From Pseudomonas phage HPP-Temi, in the sequence record PP968062.1: a DNA stretch of 64,000 nucleotides, one strand, 5' to 3'. Below are positions 9,087 through 20,875 of the stretch, piece after piece. The position numbers and the translations under genes were made by a program. The notes below the pieces were generated by a model. The model made no database searches. It saw only the letters and a list, made by a program, of their open reading frames with translations, and had not been told where the DNA came from. Positions within the stretch are counted from its first letter, which is position 1. Each line of letters starts with the position of its first letter.

Positions 9087-9349
9087 TTCTTTACCTCAGG
9101 GTCGTAGGACTTGGGAATACCAGCTGCCTCGTAGAAGTGATCCCAATAGGGACTTTCATCGCGACGATGCATATTGAAATTCTGGTAATCCGTACAGATG
9201 ACATTAAAGCCATTAGCTGTAACCTCAATCACCGGCATGTTACCAGTGTGAGTATTGTCGATGATGAAGTTGATGTTGTTGTTTTGCTTATACTTCAGAT
9301 CGAATTCCCGCTTACGTTCAGCAGGACTGTAACTAACCAAGGAAGCCAT
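9083..9349 (-). CDS. hypothetical protein
   Basis: 88-aa ORF, coupled. Confidence 0.4.
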   Translation of the reverse strand: MASLVSYSPAERKREFDLKYKQNNNINFIIDNTHTGNMPVIEVTANGFNVICTDYQNFNMHRRDESPYWDHFYEAAGIPKSYDPEVKK

Positions 9350-9351
9350 GT

Positions 9352-10101
9352 TTATTCCTCAAGACGGAGTTTCCAGAACCCGCCTTCCTCTTTCCACGTT
9401 TCACGAATAGCGTTGTCAGTACGTTGGCCGTCCTTAAACAGCTTCTCTACATTGGACGGGTGAGTATAGTTGTACAACGCAATTGCGAATTGAGCTACGG
9501 CTACACGAGCTGGAATAACACCAGTACCCGTACCCATCAGACAGCCGAGTACACGGAAGGAGTTTTTCTTACCGTACCATTCACAGCCAGCAATGCCGTC
9601 CAGGGCTGCCTTAGAGGCCAGATAAGGAACATCTGAACCTTTGGGTAACCTACGAGGAACACGCATTGTAGGAGTGTACAAGAGCGTTGCAGTGATGCCA
9701 TTAAGCTTAGTGAACTGTACGCATGCACAAACACCTACGTTTAGTTCACCGTTGTGGAAACGATTGATATCGTGTACCACGTTCTTCTGCATGTTTACAA
9801 AACGAGCAGCCAGTGCTCCGTCATAACCACCGGTCATATGCCCGTACGAGTTACCCGCAGTCATGTAGTAGTCGAAGTCATCCGCGATGTCTTCAAGATC
9901 ATCAAGGGAACCATGGAATACTTTTAGATCATGTCCAAGGTCCTTGACGAAATCGGAAATGGCGATGAGCTCTTGGAACTCTTCATAGCTGGGGGTGCAA
10001 AATACGAACTCCAATGGTTTTCGTCCGACATCCGACAAACTAAGAGTAATGCCGTCGGCAATCTCTTTGTGGATACGGGACATTACGAGTGGAGATGTCA
10101 T
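9352..10101 (-). CDS. Macro-domain-like protein (ADP-ribose binding/processing)
   Basis: 249 aa. TAGNSYGHMTGGYDGALAARF resembles the macro NAAN..GGGVDGAIHRAAG motif. GTGTGVIP resembles the C-terminal G(I/V)(Y/F)G.P motif. Confidence 0.5.
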   Translation of the reverse strand: MTSPLVMSRIHKEIADGITLSLSDVGRKPLEFVFCTPSYEEFQELIAISDFVKDLGHDLKVFHGSLDDLEDIADDFDYYMTAGNSYGHMTGGYDGALAARFVNMQKNVVHDINRFHNGELNVGVCACVQFTKLNGITATLLYTPTMRVPRRLPKGSDVPYLASKAALDGIAGCEWYGKKNSFRVLGCLMGTGTGVIPARVAVAQFAIALYNYTHPSNVEKLFKDGQRTDNAIRETWKEEGGFWKLRLEE

Positions 10102-10132
10102 TTTTATACCTCACGACAAAAAGAAAATAGAT

Positions 10133-10152
10133 GGAGCTCCCGAAGGAGCCCC
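10133..10152. terminator. hairpin gctcc-cgaa-ggagc (weaker)
   Basis: Intergenic, after an A-tract. Confidence 0.4.
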
Positions 10153-10185
10153 GGTGCGCTGACCTTTACGATCAACTACATAATA

Positions 10186-10434
10186 TTACAGTGAAACACA
10201 CGACATTTCGCGACGAATGTTTTTACTACTGAACTTGTATTCTAGGACTACGCCAGATTGGGTGCGAGTAACTTTAACCTCGGTTCCGTTTGCCGCAGCC
10301 GTATCTTGGATAGCACCTACTGCTTTCCAGCAGGAATCGATGCTTTCCATTTTGGTAGCGGTTTCAGAAGCGCCTCCAGCGTAGACACCGGAGACGATAG
10401 TGCTGCTGAGTAGAAGTGCACCTGCAAGACTCAT
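10186..10434 (-). CDS. small protein with signal-peptide-like N-terminus
   Basis: 82 aa. Starts MSLAGALLLSSTIVSGVYAGG... Confidence 0.35.
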   Translation of the reverse strand: MSLAGALLLSSTIVSGVYAGGASETATKMESIDSCWKAVGAIQDTAAANGTEVKVTRTQSGVVLEYKFSSKNIRREMSCVSL

Positions 10435-11231
10435 TATTTCTTACCTCCTTTAATTACGGTGAGCTTCGGCTTACCTTTATAACGAGATGGGCCAACATTG
10501 ATCGGCGTACCCGGAAGATCGCCAAAGTCGAGAAGGGGTTTATCAACAACCTTCAACTCGGGAGCCTTCTTAGTCGGACTAACTTCCACGCCAGGTTGGT
10601 TAGCAATGAAATCTTCAGCTTCTTCCAGCTCTTTTAGTTTCCGAGTATTTGAACGTTCGGAAACATAAGACAAGAACTGCGAGAACATATCGTCGTCATT
10701 GCTAACCATGTGCTGTACATGTTCGAGCGCTTTCTCTACAGGAACGTCAGTAATTCCCTTCTCTGCCAACCAAGCCATTACATCAACGATATCGATACTT
10801 ACAGTGCCAGGGGCACCATTGGCAATATCACGGAAGGGATGGACATACGTCGGATTCTCCGCATCAAACAGAATCCGATCGACATTAGGGAACGGAGAGA
10901 ATACGCTTGCATTCTCAGAGATCTGTACATTAACACCAATGAAAGAATGCCACGGTAGATGCAGACGGGTAGGCATACCCGAGAAAGCAATCTCACCATA
11001 GAAGCAATCGCCCGAATAATCAATGTGACGGCAAGCATTTACCGACAGATTGAGAACGATGGTACCATTAGTGGCGTTGAAATCTTTCGAACGCATCATG
11101 ATTTTACGGAGCGGTTCAGCCAGATAGCCAACATCGATAACACAATCGAAACGATACATGTTGTTATCGGCGTTCCAGCTGTAATACGCTTCGATCAGTT
11201 TTTGGTTCAGAGCGGAAGTAAGCTTGAGCAT
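10434..11231 (-). CDS. hypothetical protein (possible sliding-clamp-like? very weak)
   Basis: 265 aa. The N-terminus is only vaguely reminiscent of T4 gp45; no firm motif. Confidence 0.4.
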   Translation of the reverse strand: MLKLTSALNQKLIEAYYSWNADNNMYRFDCVIDVGYLAEPLRKIMMRSKDFNATNGTIVLNLSVNACRHIDYSGDCFYGEIAFSGMPTRLHLPWHSFIGVNVQISENASVFSPFPNVDRILFDAENPTYVHPFRDIANGAPGTVSIDIVDVMAWLAEKGITDVPVEKALEHVQHMVSNDDDMFSQFLSYVSERSNTRKLKELEEAEDFIANQPGVEVSPTKKAPELKVVDKPLLDFGDLPGTPINVGPSRYKGKPKLTVIKGGKK

Positions 11232-11245
11232 TTTGAGTCTCCAGA

Positions 11246-11680
11246 TTAAGGGAATCGTTCAGCGATAGTGGTGATCAGTTTCTTCTCTTTATTAAAGGAA
11301 GACATGTGATCCCGGTATTTCTTGAAGTAACCCACATCTTCAGGGCCAGTTGCCAATTTGGGATTGGCCGAGAGGATATGATGGATCTGGGTACCCGTAT
11401 AGACACTGATAGTCCAGGTCTTGGATTCCGAGATGATTTTCTTTACAGCAGTTTCTGATTCTTCGCTATCCTCAATGAGGTAAGCATCGATCGATTGTCC
11501 AACAGCTCGACTGAATTCATCGAGTGCACTCAGATCACCTTTAGGGAGACCAGCGTGCATTTCTTTGAGTTCTTTCAGAGTCTTTGGCACTACACCCGGA
11601 ACCCAACGATTGGTGATAACACCGTTATCATCGAGCTCATGTCGAGGATGCAGTTCACCGGGTTTTTGAAATGGGTACAT
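11246..11680 (-). CDS. hypothetical protein
   Basis: 144-aa ORF. Confidence 0.45.
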   Translation of the reverse strand: MYPFQKPGELHPRHELDDNGVITNRWVPGVVPKTLKELKEMHAGLPKGDLSALDEFSRAVGQSIDAYLIEDSEESETAVKKIISESKTWTISVYTGTQIHHILSANPKLATGPEDVGYFKKYRDHMSSFNKEKKLITTIAERFP

Positions 11681-11687
11681 AGCAACC

Positions 11688-12221
11688 TCAGCTGAAGAAG
11701 GACTTTACACCACTCCACAGACGGGAGTACCACGGAACCTTATGTTTATCGACAACAATTTCGCTATGGTAACGATTCGTACCACCCGGTTCACGGAGAT
11801 CTTTCAACCATTGTTCTTCGGAACCGACGTAACCATTCTCAACGGCCAACTGATAAGCGGATTTATGGTCGACAGCCGCCGCTTGTTCTTGCAGTTGACC
11901 AGTTGGGTAGCTAACTGGGTAAAGGTCTTCGCGATCCAAGCGTTCGAACACGTCGTTAATTAACAAAGTGATATCGAGATCGAGCTTTTCCAGATCTTTG
12001 TCGAAATCAGATGCATCGCGATGAATGACTGGTGCCTCAGGAGTTACCCGTGGACGGCCATTGAAAGAGAAGCAATCGTAACGACAGCTTACTCGATTGA
12101 ATACTTCGCTGAACAGGAGTAGTCCCCGGCAACGCTGAGCTTGCAGAGCTACCAAGCGTTGTTTCTTCAGTTCCTTATAGAACTGCCAATTAGTAAAAGA
12201 CTCAGCCGATATAAAAGACAC
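11688..12221 (-). CDS. hypothetical protein
   Basis: 177-aa ORF. Confidence 0.45.
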   Translation of the reverse strand: MSFISAESFTNWQFYKELKKQRLVALQAQRCRGLLLFSEVFNRVSCRYDCFSFNGRPRVTPEAPVIHRDASDFDKDLEKLDLDITLLINDVFERLDREDLYPVSYPTGQLQEQAAAVDHKSAYQLAVENGYVGSEEQWLKDLREPGGTNRYHSEIVVDKHKVPWYSRLWSGVKSFFS

Positions 12222-12315
12222 TGTATTTTCCTCGTTGGTGTTGGTATGGCTTCAAACACATGATGTAGATCTGAGATATTTTTTAGCGTATGCTAAAAAA
12301 GAAAGACGACATAAA

Positions 12316-12335
12316 GCCCTCCCCGAAGGGAGGGC
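12316..12335. terminator. hairpin gccctccc-cgaa-gggagggc
   Basis: 8-bp perfect stem with a cataaag left arm. Confidence 0.55.
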
Positions 12336-12346
12336 CAAATGTACCA

Positions 12347-12718
12347 TTACCTAATCACGACCATTTTGCCGTAATCTTCAGACATGCATGAATCAAACGA
12401 TGCCATGTATGCGTCTCGCGGACTATCTTTACTGACGTAGATATCACGAACGTCTTGGATAGCTTTGGGCAGGATTTTGTAAAGAACGTTATCTTTGTCC
12501 TTCACACCGTATCCCTTTAGGGCAGAGAGGTTCTGTTTCCATTTTGCGATGGGTTCAGAACGGCCGCGGGCTTCTGCGGTAGCATGGGCAGCTAGTGCCA
12601 GTGCTTCACAGTAAACCTCATCGACACGCACCTCTGTTGTAGCTTTAGCTTGCAGCGGAACCATTAAGGCTACCACTACAACCATCAGCCGCATTACGTG
12701 TGTTAAACATTGCATCAC
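12347..12718 (-). CDS. secreted/periplasmic small protein (signal peptide)
   Basis: 123 aa. N-terminus MMQCLTHVMRLMVVVVALMVPLQAKA is a typical signal peptide. Confidence 0.45.
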   Translation of the reverse strand: MMQCLTHVMRLMVVVVALMVPLQAKATTEVRVDEVYCEALALAAHATAEARGRSEPIAKWKQNLSALKGYGVKDKDNVLYKILPKAIQDVRDIYVSKDSPRDAYMASFDSCMSEDYGKMVVIR

Positions 12719-12773
12719 GTTGGTACCTTTGGTTGTTAGGTCAGAATATAATACACTGTAGCGTATCTTATCC

Positions 12774-13268
12774 TTACTTAGGATGGGCTTCGTTCACATC
12801 GATAAGAACTATGGAATACACCTTAGTCCCTTCAGGAGTTCCATCGGTAGCGAACTCAATGAACGTATTTTCATCCCCGAATACAACCCCGGAGTTATTA
12901 CTCTCGAAATATTCTTTAACATGAGCAACCATCGAATGGATGGCATGATCAGTTAGAATACCTCGACCATTAGTCCCGTAGAGTTGACTCACCGTTTCAT
13001 AAACGATGTGGCCAGGATCACTGTAACCAGCTACATCGGCAGTAACCATGAACTTGATTTGTTCAGGACTTACCTTAGCTTCGGAATTGACCCACTCGCA
13101 ATTGCTGTTGAACCATTCAACGAACTGAGTATACAACTGAGTACCCTTCTCGATAGAGATGGTATTAGCCTCAGTGTGTTGTTGCATGAAAGCGATCAGT
13201 TTGTGATACTGAATGACAGCAGAACTGAACGTGTGACCATACGAAAAATGGCTCTTTGTCACGGTCAT
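12774..13268 (-). CDS. hypothetical protein
   Basis: 164-aa ORF. Confidence 0.45.
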   Translation of the reverse strand: MTVTKSHFSYGHTFSSAVIQYHKLIAFMQQHTEANTISIEKGTQLYTQFVEWFNSNCEWVNSEAKVSPEQIKFMVTADVAGYSDPGHIVYETVSQLYGTNGRGILTDHAIHSMVAHVKEYFESNNSGVVFGDENTFIEFATDGTPEGTKVYSIVLIDVNEAHPK

Positions 13269-13276
13269 AGGCTCTC

Positions 13277-13441
13277 CTAGGGTTTGCGGTTAACTTTACG
13301 CTTCAAAGCATCGATTGTGCTTTGTTGGCGCTGGATTGTCTTTCGCGAGTCACCTAACAGCTTTACGATGTCTGCGAATTGAATTACCAGGTCGTCTAAA
13401 CGCTGCTCTAATTGAGCTATACGTTCGTTCTTATCACCCAT
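13277..13441 (-). CDS. small coiled-coil protein (54 aa; below the ORF-track cutoff)
   Basis: The ATG (13441-13439) overlaps the upstream TAA (TAATG). Translation is MGDKNERIAQLEQRLDDLVIQFADIVKLLGDSRKTIQRQQSTIDALKRKVNRKP. Confidence 0.25.
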   Translation of the reverse strand: MGDKNERIAQLEQRLDDLVIQFADIVKLLGDSRKTIQRQQSTIDALKRKVNRKP

Positions 13442-13890
13442 TAAAGTTTACCTTTGTATTGGGAATCACCATGATGGGTATTGTTCCGGAATAGCAAGGC
13501 CGGATCAGGTTCCCTGTTTGCGATAATCAAGTTGAACTCCATCGTGAAACGGTTTTTCATATACCGCTCGGCGACTTCGACAACATAAGTATCATCATCG
13601 GCGTTGATTTTTACAACGGCTACTTTCTTGGGAATGCTGTTACGTAGCTTATCCCAAACTTCGAATTCCAGATTACCCTCATACTTAGCCATAGTCGGGA
13701 TTGTCTTGAATTCAAATACGTTCAAGCCGTCCGGTGTGAATACAGCTACCGGTACAAGCCAGAATACTTCATCAGGTTTCAGGTTGCCATCACGGGAATA
13801 GAAGAACTGTTTAAGGTTCCCTCTTACTCCTTGGTACATCGGGATAATGACGCGTTGTGCCGACATTATAATTGCTCCGATCCTTGCCAT
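13441..13890 (-). CDS. hypothetical protein
   Basis: 149-aa ORF. Confidence 0.45.
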   Translation of the reverse strand: MARIGAIIMSAQRVIIPMYQGVRGNLKQFFYSRDGNLKPDEVFWLVPVAVFTPDGLNVFEFKTIPTMAKYEGNLEFEVWDKLRNSIPKKVAVVKINADDDTYVVEVAERYMKNRFTMEFNLIIANREPDPALLFRNNTHHGDSQYKGKL

Positions 13891-14261
13891 TTACGTTTGG
13901 TCGTATCCTGACTAATCTTCAGACGAAGTTTAAAGTTAGGTATGTTCCATCGCGTAATAGGCTTTTTCCAATAGATACGTTTCTTATCAAGTTCAACATG
14001 TAACTCTACTAAGACCCGGTTTCGTTTTTCTTCGAAGATGGTGAAACAGATATGTCTAGGTTTCTCTAGCCATGTCTCTTTGTAAAACTTAATTGTGTCT
14101 GCATCTTTTTGTTTATCACCACTAACAATCCACTCGATATCAGCGTCCGTAAACTCCAGTGCTTCGATGCCATGTTTCAACAATGACTTAAAGCGTTCTG
14201 AGTAAGTTCCACGGAAGTAATAATCGAGGTCTACAAACACGGTATTTAATCGAGTACTCAT
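13866..14261 (-). CDS. hypothetical protein
   Basis: 131-aa ORF with 25-nt overlap onto the downstream gene. Confidence 0.4.
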   Translation of the reverse strand: MSTRLNTVFVDLDYYFRGTYSERFKSLLKHGIEALEFTDADIEWIVSGDKQKDADTIKFYKETWLEKPRHICFTIFEEKRNRVLVELHVELDKKRIYWKKPITRWNIPNFKLRLKISQDTTKRKWQGSEQL

Positions 14262-14319
14262 ATATCCTCAGATTGTAATAATCTACAGGATTGGTTAGTA
14301 AAATAAAAAATGGCATAAA

Positions 14320-14337
14320 GCCTCCCGTTAGGGAAGC
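14320..14337. terminator. hairpin gcctccc-gtta-gggaagc (1 mismatch)
   Basis: aaaaaa tract 5', cataaag arm. Confidence 0.45.
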
Positions 14338-14660
14338 CGTACGCCAGGGGGTGTTTGAATGTGGATAAACCGCTTTCTCAACCCAGGAAGGAAGAAAGGG
14401 TCACCTGCAAAACGGCCGGTTACAGAGTTGTAACGGAACCAGTAGCGTTTGAACTTGAAGCAACGTCTACATCCTGGTTCAGCTTGAATAGTCACTAACC
14501 ATTCATCATCGAAAAGGTCATCCATCTCGACGGTGATTGAGTAAGCATTATCTATACGCCCTTTACGGTCCCGGACTGTAATACAATCCGAGAGGTTTCC
14601 GTATTTGAAGATGACATGTTCGAAATTGTTATCTAGTCTAAGTGGGATCGTTAGTTCCAT
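14328..14660 (-). CDS. hypothetical protein (start trimmed to MELTIPLRL)
   Basis: The track ORF 14328..14756 overlaps the upstream gene by 118 nt. The internal Met gives a 22-nt overlap instead. Confidence 0.35.
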   Translation of the reverse strand: MELTIPLRLDNNFEHVIFKYGNLSDCITVRDRKGRIDNAYSITVEMDDLFDDEWLVTIQAEPGCRRCFKFKRYWFRYNSVTGRFAGDPFFLPGLRKRFIHIQTPPGVRLP

Positions 14661-14988
14661 CTTCAACCTCCAACTCGAATGTAACCGAGATATAGCGAGA
14701 ACGATAGTTAGGACTAACGAACGTTTCAAAATGGTTCGACCCATATTGAAGTTCAACGTAGGCTACAACAATACCTTGCTGATCACGAGGTGTAATGTAG
14801 ATGGTATCAACTAACCCATCCACATTCTTCGAACGATTAACAGACCAACGGAATTCGTCAGTCTGCTGATTCTTGGATAGGATCTCTATCCCAGTGATCA
14901 CTTGGGGTAATGTGAGATCCAGGTTTTCTACAAAGAGGGATTTGAGTTTCCCTCGATATACAGAGAAAAGATCGATATGCGTTTGCAT
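14638..14988 (-). CDS. hypothetical protein
   Basis: 116-aa ORF. Confidence 0.4.
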   Translation of the reverse strand: MQTHIDLFSVYRGKLKSLFVENLDLTLPQVITGIEILSKNQQTDEFRWSVNRSKNVDGLVDTIYITPRDQQGIVVAYVELQYGSNHFETFVSPNYRSRYISVTFELEVEDGTNDPT

Positions 14989-15034
14989 GGCTGAGTCCTC
15001 AATAACTTATTATAGTGCCCAGCCGTAGCTGGGG

Positions 15035-15217
15035 TTATTCTTGTGCAGCAGCGATCCATTCGTGCATTCGGTTAGTGGTGAAGTACCCACAACGCGAATG
15101 ACGGATTTTTCGTTTAAACTCTTTTACTGCTTTTTGTTTCAGTTTTTCCGTGGGAGAATTCTTGTAAGCTGTAATGAAGCACGTGTAGGCATCCCACGCT
15201 TTGTCACGTTTGTTCAT
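15035..15217 (-). CDS. hypothetical small basic protein
   Basis: 60-aa ORF. Confidence 0.3.
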   Translation of the reverse strand: MNKRDKAWDAYTCFITAYKNSPTEKLKQKAVKEFKRKIRHSRCGYFTTNRMHEWIAAAQE

Positions 15218-15232
15218 TTTACGGCACTGGCG

Positions 15233-15427
15233 CTAGCTGTAACAGGTATAGCGATAAGGTCTATCTTTAACCTTAATCTCACACTCGTCGTCAGCAGACG
15301 TAATGTATTTCGGATAGGTCTCGTTGATTGGAATATCGACAGCATCTTTGAAAGCCATGCTGCCGATTAGAGCTTGTGCTGCTGCTCTGCCCAGATCACC
15401 GGTACCAACGATAAGTACGTCTCTCAT
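15233..15427 (-). CDS. hypothetical small protein
   Basis: 64-aa ORF. Confidence 0.3.
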   Translation of the reverse strand: MRDVLIVGTGDLGRAAAQALIGSMAFKDAVDIPINETYPKYITSADDECEIKVKDRPYRYTCYS

Positions 15428-15813
15428 AGCGTGCCCCCCATGGCTACGCTAACGTAGTGATTCATGAGCGGTGCTTTGAAGTACATGTTGTTGCCCTTCA
15501 TTTTGTTTTTGAATTGCTCAATGATGAGACGCTCGTCTTCACCGTTGGATTCGACCAGATACATCCGAAGATCGTAAACCCACTTCAGGATAGCATCTTG
15601 GTCTTTTTCTTTCTTATGTCGCTTTTTACCGATACGCTTCTTCAGGAAGATTGCACTACGACGAACCTTGAATATCTGGATTGGTTGACCCGTGTAGACG
15701 TTACCGTCAGCATCGGTCACTTTCATCCCAGCTACAACCTCGCTCATGTAGTAGTCATTGTGCATGGCGATACGTTGATGCATATTAGCCATTGCTTCTT
15801 TGTGATCGTACAT
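15424..15813 (-). CDS. hypothetical basic protein
   Basis: 129-aa ORF. Confidence 0.4.
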   Translation of the reverse strand: MYDHKEAMANMHQRIAMHNDYYMSEVVAGMKVTDADGNVYTGQPIQIFKVRRSAIFLKKRIGKKRHKKEKDQDAILKWVYDLRMYLVESNGEDERLIIEQFKNKMKGNNMYFKAPLMNHYVSVAMGGTL

Positions 15814-15899
15814 TCCTATTTTCCTTTGATGCCATAAACAACATATTACCCCAACCGATCAGGAAGGAGTAATATGCCATTTCGGTTTGAGGGTGTTGC

Positions 15900-16388
15900 T
15901 TACAAATTTGCTTCCCAGGGCGACAGTTCTGGTCGACCCTTGCCAAGCTCATGCAGTTGTTTCCTAACTGCAAAACGCGCTCGACTATACCATAGGTACA
16001 CATTTTCAGGCATAAACGTCGACAATTCTTTCGCTAGAATAATCGCATGACGTTGTGCCATGAAGTTATCTTGCTCAAACAAACAGTCGATTACACGCTT
16101 GGTTACGTCAGTGTTACGATGCCAATGGCGAAGCTCACGAGAGATGATATCGTAGTTACGGTTGTCACCGATACTCTCTATCAAATACGTTACGAACTCT
16201 CTACCGAACCCAGACTGGATGTCAGTCAAGAAGTCAATCAGAGCGATAGACTCCTTCATCTTACTGGGATTAAACAGCTTACGTTTAGGATCACAGCGTT
16301 GCAGTCTAAACCACATTGCTTGTGTACCTTCACGATGAACTGGATGTACTTGACGAAATCCCCACCACGTCTTAATTAAACCGATCAT
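15900..16388 (-). CDS. hypothetical protein
   Basis: 162-aa ORF followed by a terminator hairpin. Confidence 0.4.
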   Translation of the reverse strand: MIGLIKTWWGFRQVHPVHREGTQAMWFRLQRCDPKRKLFNPSKMKESIALIDFLTDIQSGFGREFVTYLIESIGDNRNYDIISRELRHWHRNTDVTKRVIDCLFEQDNFMAQRHAIILAKELSTFMPENVYLWYSRARFAVRKQLHELGKGRPELSPWEANL

Positions 16389-16407
16389 CAGGACCTCACG
16401 GAATAAA

Positions 16408-16427
16408 GCCCTCCCTGAAGGGAGAGC
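16408..16427. terminator. hairpin gccctccc-tgaa-gggagagc (1 mismatch)
   Basis: Intergenic. Confidence 0.45.
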
Positions 16428-16432
16428 TATTC

Positions 16433-16642
16433 TTATTTGGAAGCACGGGCAAGGTTGTAGTCCGCATGGAAGTTAGCGTCAGCCAGCTTCCACTCAAACG
16501 TACGATCTACGGGTTTGCTATAGAAGCCAGCACGCCGAGCTTTTGCTTGCACGATAGGATCAACTACATGGACACGGGCAATGAAGAGTATCACCCAAAA
16601 TATCCGTTTAGCTATTACCTTAACCAATCGCAGCTTGTTCAT
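16433..16642 (-). CDS. hypothetical small protein
   Basis: 69-aa ORF. Confidence 0.3.
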   Translation of the reverse strand: MNKLRLVKVIAKRIFWVILFIARVHVVDPIVQAKARRAGFYSKPVDRTFEWKLADANFHADYNLARASK

Positions 16643-16673
16643 TGTTAGGACCTCGATCGACGACGGAATAAGA

Positions 16674-16928
16674 TTACCGCAGCGCTTTCAACGCTTGCTG
16701 GTGTTCCCATACCATGGTCCGGTATTCGAGTTCCAGATCCAGGCGATCATCATTGGAAATAGATACGCCTTCAACGTAGCCCACGACTTTGTTCTTGCGA
16801 ACAGTCAGGCCCCACTGATCGATACGGTTCAGGAAGGCTTTAACATCTTTACGATGCTGTTCTTCCAGGTTGGCGATACGGATTGCATTGATGTGGTTAC
16901 GGAACCAGGTGACGAGTTTGGCAAACAT
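16674..16928 (-). CDS. hypothetical protein
   Basis: 84-aa ORF. Confidence 0.35.
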   Translation of the reverse strand: MFAKLVTWFRNHINAIRIANLEEQHRKDVKAFLNRIDQWGLTVRKNKVVGYVEGVSISNDDRLDLELEYRTMVWEHQQALKALR

Positions 16929-16945
16929 TGGAGTCTCCTCGGGAA

Positions 16946-19535
<2,590 letters not shown>

Positions 19536-19603
19536 AAAAGAAATCTCCAGAGATTATACATTTTGATAATGTAGATCTAAGAAAAAATAAAAAGAAAGCG
19601 AAT

Positions 19604-19625
19604 GCTCCTACCCGAAGGTAGGAGC
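19604..19625. terminator. hairpin gctcctacc-cgaa-ggtaggagc
   Basis: 9-bp perfect stem. Confidence 0.55.
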
Positions 19626-19633
19626 AATATGCC

Positions 19634-20095
19634 TTAGCGCTTGACGCGGAACTTGGAGTCGTAGAGTGCTTGGAACTCTTTGATCTTTTCCCGTTGGGTC
19701 GGAGTCTCAGTCGCGTTGCTGAAGAACTCGTCAGCGAATTCTTTCTTCTTGCGAACTTCACAACCGAACAGTTCCAGACCGATCATGTCCAACTGGTTCT
19801 TGAAATGACCCAGTTCACTCATGCCGGTTTGATCCGGCTTGGAGACTTCCTTCACGCCAGCAGGCTTGATGCGGTAGTCTTGTACTTCAGCGTAACGGAT
19901 ATCCTTGGAAGGAACCGGACGAGGACCAGCTTTCTTTTTCTTCACTCGCTTGGGGATCACCGGCATGGGAAGATCCGTTTTCGGAGCCTTCGCCGGTTCG
20001 ACCTTTTGTTTTTCTTGCTTGGGTGCCGGTACAGTTGCGATCGGACCCTGAGCCGCGATGAGGTCTTTGAGCGAGTTGAATTTTACGCGTGCCAT
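19634..20095 (-). CDS. Lys/Pro-rich basic protein (possible nucleic-acid-binding)
   Basis: 153 aa with the KPAKAPK..KKKKAGPRP low-complexity basic region. Confidence 0.4.
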   Translation of the reverse strand: MARVKFNSLKDLIAAQGPIATVPAPKQEKQKVEPAKAPKTDLPMPVIPKRVKKKKAGPRPVPSKDIRYAEVQDYRIKPAGVKEVSKPDQTGMSELGHFKNQLDMIGLELFGCEVRKKKEFADEFFSNATETPTQREKIKEFQALYDSKFRVKR

Positions 20096-20120
20096 GCTTG
20101 TATTCTCCTATTGGTGGTTT

Positions 20121-20142
20121 GTAATTCACATTTGTAATATAG
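20121..20142 (-). promoter_or_regulatory. candidate phage promoter motif CTATATTACAAATGTGAATTAC (minus-strand reading)
   Basis: Plus strand reads gtaattcacatttgtaatatag. A near-identical 20-mer recurs at 61131-61150. It sits ~37 nt upstream of a minus-strand start in an AT-rich gap. Confidence 0.4.
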
Positions 20143-20184
20143 CCTTTAAAAGGCTTTAAATGTAAACCTAACCACCTCGACAAG

Positions 20185-20829
20185 TTATACCCGTGGCAGA
20201 ATAACCTTATCTGCCTGTTTCATGTACTTACCACCACGATCAGCATAGGACGTTTCACAGTCTTGGTCGAGATCATGGAATACCAACTGCAACACGCCTT
20301 CATGCGCATAGAACACGTTAGGACGGTTAGTTGTATTCTGGAACTCAAACGTGATGTGTCCTTCCCAACCCGGTTCGATCGGAGTGCACAGGCAATTCCA
20401 GCCGGCGCGAGCGATGGTTGATTTACCGATACACATTGCGATTACATTCCGAGGCATACGGACGTACTCTTTCGAGTGAGTCAGCAGGAATCCGCCCGGA
20501 GGAACCACAACCTTGTCACCGTAAACAGTGTCGAACAGATCTGGACTGATGTTCTTGTAATCCAGTACAGGATGTTCAAGTTCTTTACCTGTTACCCAAG
20601 CTTTAAAACGTTGCCAGAAAGTGAACTTAGGTAGAGGCTTGAATACTTTAAACTCAGTACCTGCACGAAGATCATAACCACCAGAAGACAGTCCATAGGA
20701 AGCGATACGCTTACCTTGACTATCTTCCTTTACGGACATACCGTGGAAAGGTTCGATCATGGGACCATGAGCACCAACCATTGCGCCTTCGCAATATTCA
20801 CGGATTGTTTTATCAGAAAGAACGGTCAT
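20185..20829 (-). CDS. dcd: dCTP deaminase family (Dcd / dCTP deaminase-dUTPase-like)
   Basis: 214 aa. Motifs SYGLSSGGYDLR and IEPGWEGHITFEF match the Dcd/dUTPase beta-clip family. Confidence 0.7.
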   Translation of the reverse strand: MTVLSDKTIREYCEGAMVGAHGPMIEPFHGMSVKEDSQGKRIASYGLSSGGYDLRAGTEFKVFKPLPKFTFWQRFKAWVTGKELEHPVLDYKNISPDLFDTVYGDKVVVPPGGFLLTHSKEYVRMPRNVIAMCIGKSTIARAGWNCLCTPIEPGWEGHITFEFQNTTNRPNVFYAHEGVLQLVFHDLDQDCETSYADRGGKYMKQADKVILPRV

Positions 20830-20875
20830 TTTAATTTACCTGTTGGAGACGTACACTATTAGCGTGGTCAGTAAA

